Shown here piece after piece: positions 37,601 through 49,772 of a DNA stretch of 64,000 bases (within the stretch, counting starts at the first letter, position 1; each line of letters opens with the position of its first letter). Made by a program: the position numbers and the translations under genes. The notes below the pieces were generated by a model. That model searched no databases, was not told where the DNA came from, and saw only the letters and a program-made list of their open reading frames with translations. The stretch spans positions 1,116,001-1,180,000 of the forward strand of contig LSRY02000023.1 of assembly GCA_001643675.2 (NCBI GenBank). Direction: 5' to 3'. The stretch is from Monocercomonoides exilis PA203. Lineage: Eukaryota > Protista > Preaxostyla.

Positions 37601-39164
37601 GTGCCTGTCTTGTCAGAGCAGATGGTTGTGGCCCCTCCCATCGTCTCACAGGCGGATAGCACACGGACAAGGTTGTTGTCTGCAAGCATCCGCTTCATCG
37701 AATACGCAAGGGCAATGGTAACGGCAAGAGGTAGACCCTGAAGAAAAGGGGGATAAATGAAAGGAAAGATAGGAAAGATAGGAAAGATAGGAAAGATAGG
37801 AAAGATAGGAAAGAAAGAGAAATTGGCTATAAAAGTGAATAGAAGAATGAAAATATACATACTTCTGGAACGGCCATGACGATGATGGTGACTGATATAG
37901 TGAAGTAGTCTAACAAAAGAATCCAATATTTCCCTTCAGAAAACTTACTCGTCTCCTGAATAGCAGGCACCAACCAAAAGATAAGCAGCAAAACGAGAAC
38001 GAAACCAGCGGCAATAAATCCGACAACGCCAATTGCTATCATTATTTATATAGAAACGAAATGATATTTTCATATTATAAAAATTATGTGAAATAAATAA
38101 ATAAATAAGTATTTTATAATTGTAAGAAATAACATCTCAAACATTTTGAAAGGGCATCCAATTTTTCCTGCAAGGGAGTCAAAGACCGCTCCTTTGCGGA
38201 TGTCAAAACAGCTTGTTTCAAGATTCCGAATTGAGTGTCCATTCCAACAGCAGTTGTGACCATCTTTCCGTATCCAGTTTGAACTTTGCAGCCACACAGC
38301 AGGAATGGGTGCTTATCTGGTGTTTTTCGGATCAGGTCTGATTCACCAGTCATCGGAGCTTCATCGCATGAAATGTTGTTTGATTCGATGCAAAGACCAT
38401 CAACAGGGAGAACATCTCCAGTTGAAACTGCTACAACATCTCCAACCATTATGTCAAAAACGGAGATTTGAGTCGGCTCGCCTCCTCGAGTTACAAGAAC
38501 AAGCCGATCTTTTTGACGCTCATTTAGTTTTTCAAATTGCCTTTCTTGTGACCAAGTGTTCCATGCGCTTACAACTAAAAACAGAATTATCATTTAAGCA
38601 AAACTTCAAAAATCAAAATATTTTATATATTTTCGAAACAAACATGTCACAATTATAACAGTGGCATATATGGCTGTTCCATCAAGCCATGAAAGTTCAG
38701 CTCCCTTTTCAACGACCAATGCAATTACAAGAGATATTGTGGCAAGAATTAAAAGGATAATCAAAGTTGTATCATTGAAAGCTTCCAACCACAATCTGAA
38801 AAATGACTTTGTTTTTGGTCTTGCAAATTCATTTTTACCGTATCTATTTTTTTTTATTTCAAATATTTCATCAAAAAATGAAAAATATTGTCGATTTTCA
38901 CATGTACAAAAAATAAAAATTATATTAACAGCGGAAAAGTCACATAAAAATAAGTCAAGCAAGGTCAAAATGGAAATCATATATATTAACACACAGTTCA
39001 AATCTTTTTTCTTTTTCTAAATTATCAGGGTCTAAGCCATTTGATGAAGTGTGTAAAGCCTTCATAACTCCCGGTAATCCTCCATAAGATTCAACAATTG
39101 AATTTTCTCTCATTTCCAGCATCTCACTAAGTAGATGCTTGTCTGGCCACTCACTCATGCTCAT
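34663..39164 (-). CDS. PMCA: P2B-type Ca2+-ATPase (PMCA/Pmc1-like), multi-exon
   Basis: DEAPMTGES, VMAVPE|GLPLAVTIALAYSMKRM, CETMGGATTICSDKTGTLT, TKGASE, MVTGDN, VAVTGDGTNDAPAL, GTEVAK, IRKFIQFQLTVN and QMLWVNLIMDTLAALALATE. Confidence 0.97.
37762..37813. repeat. 9-bp tandem repeat (aggaaagat, about 5.5 copies) in a PMCA intron
   Basis: Seen directly. It lies just upstream of the CAG acceptor on the minus strand and explains the spurious FPIFPI translation. Confidence 0.9.
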
Positions 39165-39362
39165 TGTTCGGTTGATCTATACTTAAAGTATGGTCTAACA
39201 ATTATCAAACATCCGAGGCAGTTGGCAGAATAAATAAAATCTGTTCATAGCCTCGTTAAAAATTTGTAAAAAGAAAAAAGCAATTATTGCATAATAGTTG
39301 AGAAAAGATCAATTTTATTTATTTTTCCTGTTAAAACTGTCTTTATCAAGTTTTTCTTTTAA
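39165..39362. promoter_or_regulatory. Probable bidirectional promoter between PMCA and the UVRAG-like gene
   Basis: Head-to-head ATGs separated by only 198 bp. Confidence 0.5.
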
Positions 39363-42300
39363 ATGAATATTTCCAGCAGAGGCCGCAATTCTAGGAGTCC
39401 GTTGCGGTCTTTTGGAAAGGAAATTCCCTTTAGTACAGTCAACAAACAATTTAGCATATTTACGTCATTACTGACAGTCCAACAACAAGTCGTCAAAAAT
39501 AGAGAATCAGCTTTAAAAAGACTTTTAGATGCATATACAAAAAGAGAACAAGAGTTAAAAAACGTGTCAAATCTGAAGTTGAAAGTGGAAAAAATGCAAC
39601 AATCACTTCTCTTCAAGTCAGCAGTTGTCAATGATCTTCTGAATTGCTATATTTCGCAACTACAAAATATATCTAGAAAAAGTTCACTCTTAGAGAAGAG
39701 ATTAGAAAAAATATCATTTCAGACAATGAGAACTGCAACTTTACAAAATAAACCTTACTCAAAAACTGCAACCGATCCTCATTTAGCCAAGCTTCAAGAA
39801 CAAAATTATAGTGCGTCATCTCAACAAGTTCGTAATTCAACAAACGAGGATTCTGAAAATGATGAGCCACTTTTTATGAATGAAACAAAAACTTCTTCAA
39901 ACTTTATTCCTCAATTACCTTCGATAAATACATCTTCGATGTCTCCTATGGATATTGCTTCATATCTTCCTCAACTAGCAACGATTGTGTCACAACACAT
40001 TATTGAATATCAGAGATACATATTTCTATCATTGACTGGAGTTGATCCATCTGCATTCGACATATCGCTTGTTGTAAACAATCCAACAAAATGCATAATT
40101 CCAGAAGAATCGGAAACGCCAGATATGCCTTCTGTTCTTCCTGCTGGGCTGTCGAATTTCGCTTTATCTCCTTTGCAATCTTCTTTATCAGTGAGCTCAA
40201 CCTCAAATCATTCAAGAATCGGATCAAACTCAATTTTATCTGTTCCTCCGCAGCCTCCCCCACCAGCAGTCACAAGAGAGCATTTCGCTTCTTCAATCTC
40301 TTCTGTCTCGTCCGTCTCTTCTGTCTCTTCTGTGGACTCACTCTCCACAGTAAATGTCCTTCGCCCTGCTGCTCCTTCTACCCCTAAGCCTGTCACACCA
40401 ACTCCTGCCACATCTTTCGCCTCTTCTGACAAGTCAGTGCCTGCTTTCCTCTCAGCTGCCATCCTTTCGCCCGCATTTCCCACAGACAGCGCAACGCAAA
40501 GGAATGCCTCACAATCTGCTGGGCTGACTGAAGCTGATGCTCGTTCCTTTGGAGACTTGTTCATTCAACACCCAACTGATTTCCTATCAAAACCAACAAG
40601 ATCTTCATTTTCGTCGTTTTCATCGTTTACTCTACCGACAGCTGCATCACCAGTGACTTCAACTTCTTTTTCGTCTCGCCCGGGCTCTTCGCTTTCTTTT
40701 TCCTTCCCTTCTTCCTCTTTGCTCTCTTCTTCTTCTTCCTCTTCTTTTTCCTTCTCTCCTGTCCCATTGTCTATCCAGCACATGCATCCACACCTCCCTC
40801 TTCCCGTCCAGCAATTCAATCAGCAATTCAATCAACAGAAGCGTTCTCTTCCTTCTCCTGTTCCGCCTTCTCCGTTTGTCACCCGTTCCCATCAGTCATA
40901 TTCCACCTCTGCGTCACAGCCATCCAAAAATCAGCTTCTTCTTCTCTCTTCTCCTTTCGCTCATCCTTCTTCCTATTCATTCTCTGTCGCCCCTTCCCCT
41001 GCAAGCCAACAACTGTATCAATCGTCTTTCCTTCCAAACACTTCATTTGCTTCTTCTTCTTCTTCTTCTTCTTCTTCTTCTTCTTCTTCTTCTTTCTCTT
41101 CCTCTTCCTCATCCTCATCACCATCTCCAACTCCTTCTTTATCTTCCTCTTCTCCCGTGCCTCTTCTTCCTCACCAAACGCGTCATTCTTCATTCGCCCC
41201 CTCAAATCTCCGCCCTCCTTCTGTCTCTCTCACCACACAAACACCTTCTCCACCTCCTCCAATGCCTCCTCTTCCCTTCAGCCCTGCTCCTTCTCTATCA
41301 GCTGCTCTTCACTTGCCTCCCTCTTACACTCAGTTTTCTCCTCGTTTGTCTGCTTCTTTCTCAACATCATCTTCTTCTTCCTCTCCTCCTCCCCCTCTTC
41401 CTCCTCCTTCCTCCTCCTTCTCTTCATTTTCTCCTTCATTTTCTTCCTCCTCTGCCCCTTCTCTCGTTCAACCTCCCTTCCTCACCCGCATCTGGCTGCC
41501 CCTCCACGCCATCCCACACCCTTCCTCCTGTTTCTCTCTCCTCCACCTCACCAACCACCTCCTCTTCGTCTCTCTCCTCCAGACACGCAGCTATGCGAGT
41601 GTGCTAGCAGTGCATGGGACGAGGAGGATGCAGTGTGTCGTGTCTGTTCTTCTGTCTCAGATGCAAATTGGATCCGTTCTGCCTGCGGTGAATGCAGATC
41701 GACTGCAGAGGGAGAAGGAGAGGTGGGCAGAGGTGGAGAGGGAGAAGAAGAGGAGGCTGACGGAGACAATGGAGACGATGAAGATGAAGAATGGGAGAGG
41801 AGAGGGAGAGGGAGAGGGAGAGGGGGTGGGGGAGGGTGAAGCACAGACACCGGATGGAGAAGGGGAGAAGAAGGGGAAGAAGAAGGAAGGGAAGAAGGAA
41901 GGAAAAGGAGATAATGAAAATGAAAATGAAAGTGAAGAAGAAGAAGAAGAGGAGGAGGAGGAGGAAGAAGAAGAAGAGGAGGAGGAGGAGGAAGAAGAAG
42001 AAGAGGAAATGAAAAAAGATGAAGTTATTCAAAAAACAAACAATGAATCGAAGAACAAACCCGAACAGAATCAAAGTTTAAATCAGGTTTCTTCTTCTTC
42101 TTCTTCATCAAACCAACCTCGAAAGACATCATCTGCTGGAACAACTGCACTTTTACCTCTTCCACCTCCTTCCATTGAGACACCACAAAACACATTTACA
42201 TCATCACCTTCCTCCCCTTCCTCCCCTTCTTCAGCAACAACCACACCCCGTTCTTCCTTCTCCTCTTCTTCTTCTTCTTCCTCCTCCTCTTCTCCCAAGT

Positions 42301-45225
42301 CTCCTTCTTCCACTTCTCAGCTGATGCGTCTCAGTCTCTTCCGCCGTGACTCAAACAGAAGAATTGACAGACCAGCCTTCCAATCACCTCCTCGCAAACC
42401 TTCCTCTTCTTCTTCTCTTTCTTCTTCTCTTTCATCTTCTTCCTCTTCTTCTTCTTCCAGAAAGCCTTCTTCATTCACTTACCAGCGTTCTCCTTTGAGT
42501 GACTCTACTTCTGACACTCTGAAAGGCCATTCATCTTTCTCAAAGACATCAAGACAACTAACTTCTTCTTCTTCTATCTCTGATAAACAGGATTTTAATC
42601 AATCATCATCGTCTTCTTCTTTTCCCTCTTCTTCTTTTCTTTCTTCTTCTCTATCTTCTCCTTCTCCTTCCTCTTCCTCTTCCTCCTCTTCCTCTCTCTC
42701 CTTCCTCTCCCCCCATGCCCTCTCAATGAAAGAACTCACCCGTTCTCTCACGCCAAACGCTGCCCAGCTGAGCAAGCTGCGGAACAGAGACGAGAAAGAA
42801 GAGGCCGTCAATGCAGCACTTTCAGAGCTGTTTGAAATAGAAGATGAAGAGCAGATGGAAGAGGAGATGATGGAGGTGAGCAATGAGAAGGAGAAGATGA
42901 AGCAGGGGCAGGGGAAGGGGCAGGGGACGATGATGGCGGGGGGTGTGGCGTTGATGGATTATTCATCATCATCATCATCTTCGTCATCAATTTCTTCTTC
43001 CTCTTCTCCTTCTTCCTTTTCTTCTCAAAATGGATACAAATCCAGCCAATTGGGTGGATTTCTGTCAGATTCACAGAATTCTTCAGGTTCATTTGAGTTA
43101 AATGGAAGTCGATTGGTTGAAGCTCTTTCTACACCAATCAGTGAACTTAACCTTCCTCAGCCTGTTTTCGTGCCAATAAGAACAGCATTTTCTTTAAATT
43201 CTTCTTCTTCCTCTTCTCTTTCTTCCTCCTCTTCCTCCTCCTCCACTTCTTCTTCTTCCTTTTCTGACAAAGCCATCAAACTCCTTGCCAAGCAGAAGTC
43301 TTACATCACTTCGATCTCGTTGCTCCGCCATCGCTTCGACTTCTCCCCTACAATCGCCCCTTTCTTCCGCCGCTATCTTTCTCACCCTCTCTTCCATTTA
43401 CGCGCCATGCTTTATTTCCGTTCTTCCTCTTCTTCCTCTCCTCTTTCTTCTTTCTCTTCTTCTTCTTCTTCTTCTTCTTCTTCTCTTCTTTCTTCTCAGC
43501 AGCTTCCCCCTCCTCCCGTCGCCATCGCCCGAGTGTTCTATTTGAGTGGACTTTCTTTTCCTTCTCGTGTGGAAGTGAATCCAGCCACTTTTGAGGTGTC
43601 TTCATGGACATCAATGCTGAAGCCAGCTGAGTGGCTGAGGGTGCTGTCGTTCTTCAGGAAGACGAAGGAGGAGTGGGGGGAAGGGGAGAAGAAGGAGAAA
43701 GGGGAGAAAGAAGAGAAGGAGAAGGAGAAAGAGAAGGAAAATGGAGGAAGTGAAAGAGGAAGAGAAAACAGAGAAAGCACTGAAGAAGATGTGTATGAGC
43801 AGCAGAGAAGGAAGCTGAATGAAGAGAGGAGTATTTTGATAGCACGAAGGAGCGGACAGAAAGAGGTGTTGAGCCAAACAGCAGTGAAAGGGATGCAGAT
43901 GATGCAGACAGCCATGCAAAGGCATTTGGAAAGGCACAAAAATGTGTTTGTGTTTTATGAGCAGAAGATGATGCAGATGGCAGCGGTTGAGCCGTTTGGA
44001 GGAGAAATGGAGAGTCCAAGTGTGTTGGCGGTGGTGGAGAAGGAAAAGGAGATATTTGATATTATGATTATTCTTTTGTTATTCTTTTGTTATCATTATT
44101 AAGATTTTTATTGTTGATGTGTTTTAGAAATGAAAAATGATTACATGTTTTTTTAATGTTGCTTGCATATTTTATATTCATTGACCCAGAAACTTATTCT
44201 TTTCTATTCTTTTCTTTTCTTATTTATTTATTTATTTATATTCAGTCACTCCAATCTTCACTCCTTCTTGGCTGTTACCCGCACTTAACCAACAACCACA
44301 TACCACATTCTTCCAATCACCTTCTTCTTCTTCTTCTTCTTCTTCTTCTTCTTCTTCTTCTTCCTCTTCCTCTTCTTTTTCTCTTTCCTCTGCTTCTGAT
44401 CCTCCTTCGAGTGATTTCTTTGCCCTTCCTTCTCCACACATTGGTTCTATTTCATCTTCTTGTTCTTTCTCCTCTTCTTCTTCGTTCTCCTCCTCCTCTT
44501 CTTTCTCCTCTTCTTCTTCATTTTCTTCTTCTTCTTCCTTCTCTTCCGCTTCTTCTTCCCTCTCTTCCTCATCCATCCCTTCACGCATCGCCTCTTCCTC
44601 TCCTTCCTCCCTCTCAATCGCCTCCAACTCTTCTATTTCTTCCAACACCTCTTCTTCCTCTTCACCTTCTTCTTCTGCCAATTCTCATCTTTCTTTGCCT
44701 TCTCTCCCTTCTTCTTCTTCTTCTTCTGTCCATTCTCATCTATCCTCCAATCTTTCATTCAATCCTTCAGTCAAATCTCTTCTCTCTTCTCAATCAGCCC
44801 CTTCTTCCTCTCTAACTGCCCCGACTCATCTTCTTCACTCACCCGTTTCTCGTCCTCTGCTTTCTTCTCAGACATTCAAGTCTCCCTTCAATGATGGCGG
44901 TCATGCTAATGATGATTCTGTTGCTTCTTCTTCTTCTATAACTTCTACTTCTTCCTCTTCCACTTCTCCTTCCTCCTCCTCGTTGTCTCCTTCTCCTTCT
45001 TCTCCTTCTTCTTCTCTATCACCATCAACATCTTCAATACAACCTTCTTCTTCTTCTCCCTCTTCCACAACAACCTCCTCCACCACTTCTTCTTCCTCAT
45101 CTTCTTCCAATCAATCCCTTTCTTCTCCTCCTGTTTTGAATGTAGAGCAATCATCCAATTTCTCTGCTTCTCCTCTTCCTCCCACATTAAATGAAATGAA
45201 AATCTCTCCTTCTCTTTTGAGCGAT

Positions 45226-45260
<35 letters not shown>

Positions 45261-48200
45261 TGCATCAAATTCTGTTTCTTCTCCACGCAAAGCTTCTATT
45301 TCTTCTATTTCATCGTTATCATCATCATCTTCTTCTTTCTCCTCCTCCTCTTCTTCTTCCACTCCAAATATTCCTTCTCTTCTGTTACACAATCAACAGC
45401 CTTTGCGTTCTGGTTCTTTGAAGTCTAATCGTCCTGTTGTTCCTCCACTTCCTCCTCCTCCAATTCTCAATGACTCTATCATTTCTTCTTCATCATCACT
45501 TTCTTCTTCTTCTTCCTCTTCTTCCTCTTCTTCCTCTTCTTCCTCTTATTCTCTTCGCCCTTCTCCTCCTCCTTCTACACAAACATCCATTATAGATCCA
45601 TCATCATTATCTTCTTCATCATCCTCCTCTTCCTCTTTATCGTCGTCAAGATCACAATCCCAATCTCTTCCACAGCCCCCTCCTCCTCTCCTCCTTCCTC
45701 CTCCTTCTCTTTCATCTACAAACACAATTTCTGAGAAAGAAGCAAACAAGAATGATTCAACTTCTTCTGTTTCTTCTTCTTCTTCTCTTCCACAAGAAAA
45801 ACATAAGTCGCTTTTGAGCTCTTTAACGAAGTTCAAATCTTCTTCCTCTTCCTCTTCTTCTTCTTCCTCTTCTTCCTCTTCCTCTTCCTCCTCTTCCTCC
45901 TCATCTTCCCACAAACACCACCACTTCTCCATCTTCTCCACCCTCCCCACCGTCTCCTCCTCCTCTCCCCTCCCCTCCTCCCCCACACTCCTCTCCCTCT
46001 CCCCCTTCCTCAGCATCGTCCCTCTCCTCCCTCCCCTCTCTCTCAGCACATTCGAGCGCATCTCTGCTGCTTTAGGCGCTGTTGTCCAATCTGTCCTCCT
46101 CATCTCCTCTTACACCGCCATCCCTTTGCCTCACCCTCTCCTCTATGGCGCCTCTCGCTCTATGATCTTCTCCACCCTCCTCCTCCCTCTCCTCGACATC
46201 TCAAAAACTTCCCTCGCAAAATACCTCGCAAAAGCGGCTGGTGTACTGGGCTTTGCCACTTTCGCTAGAAGAGCCAGTTCTCTTGACGAGGCAGTGAATT
46301 CTGGGTCGTTCTCTTCGTCTTCCTCTTCTTCGTTTTCTTTCTCTTCTTCTTCTCCTCCGCTGCCTTCGCCTTCTTTGCCTTTTGCTGATATGAATTCTTC
46401 TTCTTCTTCTTCTTCATATTCTTCTATGTTGGATTCAAAGGCACCAAACATCGAAGCAAATAAATTAAGCACACTGAATCGCAATCAGAAAAACCAACCT
46501 TTCTCTTCTCAATCATCTTCCTCTTCTTCTTCTTCCATTCCTCCTTCCTTCGCCTCCTCCTCCTCCTCCTCCTCTCTTCTCTCTTCCCAGTCACGCACTG
46601 TCTATTCGATTTCAGTGATAGCTGCCTCAAACTCCATCATCAAAGAGATTACACCCAAATTTGTGGTCACTTTGACTCGAACAGAAAGAGACATGAGAAT
46701 TTTAGCAGAAAAAGCAGCACCTTTTGGACAGCCAGCGAGTTCTGGGGTGAAGAGATCGAAGTCAAAGGGCTCGAAGAAGAGAGAGAAGGAGAGGCAGAAG
46801 CAAGAAGCGAAGAGGCTGAAGCAGATACAGAAGGAAAGGGAGGAGATACGGAAGCGTGCGGAGAAGCTGGAGAAAGAGCAGATGAAGGCGAAGAAGAAGA
46901 TGATGAAGATGCAGCAGAGCCAACAAAACCAGCAAAATCATCAAAATCAACAGAGCAGGAAAGAAGATGAAACATTAGTGAGTTGCTCAACAACTCGTCG
47001 TGTGATTGTGACTAGTTCTGTTCAGAATGGGAATGTTCTGAGTAAATCTGATTCTTCTTCTTCTTCTTCTTCTGTTCATGTTTCTTCTGTTTCTTCTTCT
47101 TCTTCTTCTTCTTCTTCTTCTGTTGTGTCTGATGCTCAAAGCAATGCGGAGTCACTTTCTTTGGTGCAATTTGACAGGAATGACAGGAATGACAGAAATG
47201 ACATGGGCGATAAGAATGACAGGATTCTTCCTTCTTCCTCTTCGTCATTCCACAAAGTGAACTCAGATGAGGTTTCATTGAGGGAAGTATCAGCAGATAA
47301 TGAGAGTTTGGCTTCAGATAACAAGAATAATAAAGAAGAAGGAGGAAAAGAAGAAGAAGAAGAAGTGGCAAGCAATTTTGACTCTGCGGAATCAGTTTTA
47401 TCGAACAATGAGAAAAGCAAAAACGAAAAGATCAACCGAAAAGAAGAAGAGAGAAAGCGAAAGAAAGAAAGAAAAGAAGGTGAGGAAGAGGAAGGAAGAG
47501 GAGAAGGAGGAGAAGGAGGGGAGGGAGCGATGGACAAGGAAGAAGAAGAAGATGATGATGATGAAGGAAGCAGCGAAACTAGCGATGACAGTGGCTTTGA
47601 AAGTGTTTGCATTGAAGAAGAAGCAGTTCTGGGCAATTGCAGCAAAAATGTTAATTTGAGTGGAAAAGAAGGAGAATTGCAAGAGCACGACGAAGACTCA
47701 GAAGATGTGGAGGAGAAGGAATATCAGATGGTGACTGTCTCTTCATCCAGCACTCTCTCATCAACATTGCTTAAACAGCAACAACAAGAACAAGAGATCT
47801 TTTCATGTGGCCCAATATGTGGACAAAACCAACTTTTATCCTCTTCCTCTTCTTCTCCCTCTTCTCTTGATGGTGCATGTCTGCCAGCACAGAGCATCCC
47901 TGTGAATCCGCCAGGGCGTGTTCAGTTTGTGTCTCAAGGCACATTCGAAGAAGAACTATCACATTCTCAAATTCGGTCACAATCACAATTACAATCACAG
48001 ACACATCCACAGCAAATAGCAAGCATTCTGCCAGCAGCTGAAGGAAACACAAGAGCAATAAGCTCTTCTTCTGCTGTTTCCCAGCCGCAACTTGTGCCTT
48101 CTCGCCATCCTTCTGCTGTTGCTGCCTTTGAATCCGTGCAGAGCAAAGCTGTTCTGAGCCCTCCTCTTCTCATGCAGACACATGAGCACCCGCTCCAGCT

Positions 48201-48636
48201 GAGTTCAAGTGCTCCTTCAGGCTTCAGCGAGCAGGCGTCGCTGCTGTCGTCAGAGCTGCCTGCTTCGAACAGGAAAGAAAATCCGTTGTGCGGGAAGAGT
48301 TCTGTGTGTGTCCTGCATCTGCCTCCGAAGCGAACACACTGCTGGACACAGCGCTATCTCTCGTCTGTGTTCGGAAAGCTCTTCCGCTCTGCGTCTTTTT
48401 CTCAGTTTCTGTCTTTCTGCTCCGTCAGCAGGCGCCCCTTTGAGCCTGTCTACCCTCTTTTTGTTGAAAAGCCTTCAGATATACGAATGATGGTCATTGG
48501 AATTAGGCTATTGATATCTGACATCGATTGGTTGAGAAAATATTGCGGCTTGCCTCAAGCGTCCCACAAGCAGCTTATTGAAAGCGTTTTTGAAATATTC
48601 GTTGCTTCAATTAATTGTTTTAAAAATTCGTTCTGA
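39363..48636 (+). CDS. UVRAG/Vps38/Atg14-family PI3K-complex subunit-like protein, very expanded (~3,015 aa), one predicted intron 44020-44245
   Basis: N-terminal coiled coil, then FYLSGLSFP (~43540), ISAALGAVVQSVLLISSYTAIPLPHPLLYGASRSMI (~46060-46167) and YPLF...GIRLLISDIDWLRKYCGL (~48450-48552), in the order of the Atg14/UVRAG BARA2-region motifs. A phase-1 GTGTGT...TTCAG intron joins the 1579-aa and 1313-aa ORFs in frame. Confidence 0.72.
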
Positions 48637-48865
48637 ATTTTTGTTCTGTTTTGTGTATTTTGACATGTTCTTCAAGAATTTAAATTTATCTTTTTTTTAA
48701 GTAAAATTTATCATATTTATTGAGGTCAATATTTTATAGTTTTATTATTTAATTGCAAGTGCAATTTTCTGTGAATGTTTTTTCTTTTCTTTTTTTAATT
48801 TTTCCATTTTATTTCAACCCAAAATTTGTTTATTGACACAAAATTTTTTGATTTTGTGATAAGAT

Positions 48866-49543
48866 ATGTTTTGGCTAGCTGTCGCTCTTTGCCCATTCAG
48901 CATTCTGCTTTGGAATGTAATAGGAAGAACAGAATATTATTATCATACATTCTCAAATCTGTTTGGAGGCGACAAAAAGAAGGCAATAAAATTTGTTACA
49001 ATTATCATTATGATCTCTTCTCGTTTACGGGACTTAAGCTTTGGAATTGGCACATTATATGACGAACCTCTTGTAGATGATGTTGATAAATATTTATCAA
49101 GAAATAATTATTTCAATAAGTTTATTGGAGCTTCACTTTTCATATTTGGGCAAGTTCTTGTCTACACAAGCACAAAGAGCCTCGGAATGGAAGGAACATA
49201 TCTTGGGGATTACTTTGGAATCTTGTGTCAAGAGTTTGATTTTTTGAAATGAAAATGTCTTTTCTGTTGAAATGTTTTTTTTTTTAACTTTTTCTTTAGG
49301 AGAGTTGTTTCTTTTCCTTACAATATTCTTGCGCATCCAATGTATGACGGAGCGGTGATTACATATCTGGGTGCATCACTTTTCTGCTGTAGCAGCTGTG
49401 GACTTGCTTTGACTGCCTGGCTATATGTATGTTATCAGATCTCCGAACATTATTTCGAAGGTCCTTTCACAACAATGATTTATTCACAGCCAGAAAATTC
49501 TATTATAAACAAAGTTAAAGAAATTGCTGCAAAGGCCAAATGA
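48866..49543 (+). CDS. PEMT: Phospholipid N-methyltransferase (PEMT/Opi3), intron 49234-49299
   Basis: LWNVIGRTEY, GQVLVYTS..SLGMEGTYLGDYFGIL, ERVVSFPYNILAHPMYDG and FEGPFTTMIY. Confidence 0.93.
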
Positions 49544-49772
49544 TTCTCCTCATTTTGCAGTCTCGAAGAAAGCAACGAGACTACGTACACGACTTCAATA
49601 TTTACTTTTCCAGACTTTTTATTTTCATACAATGAATTGACGTTCTGTTTCTTTTAAAATATAAAACTGTAAATCGAGTATGTAATTTTCGTTGTGATTC
49701 TTTTTTGAAACACGAAAAATAAATATGATTTTTAAGAGATAATGGGCTAAAAACATCATTCTTAAGAAAAAA

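Noticed and set aside
49541-49582. Hairpin after the PEMT TGA as a SECIS or readthrough element
   Set aside because: Only a 7-bp stem (agtctcg/cgagact) with no SECIS quartet geometry, and the protein is already complete at the TGA.
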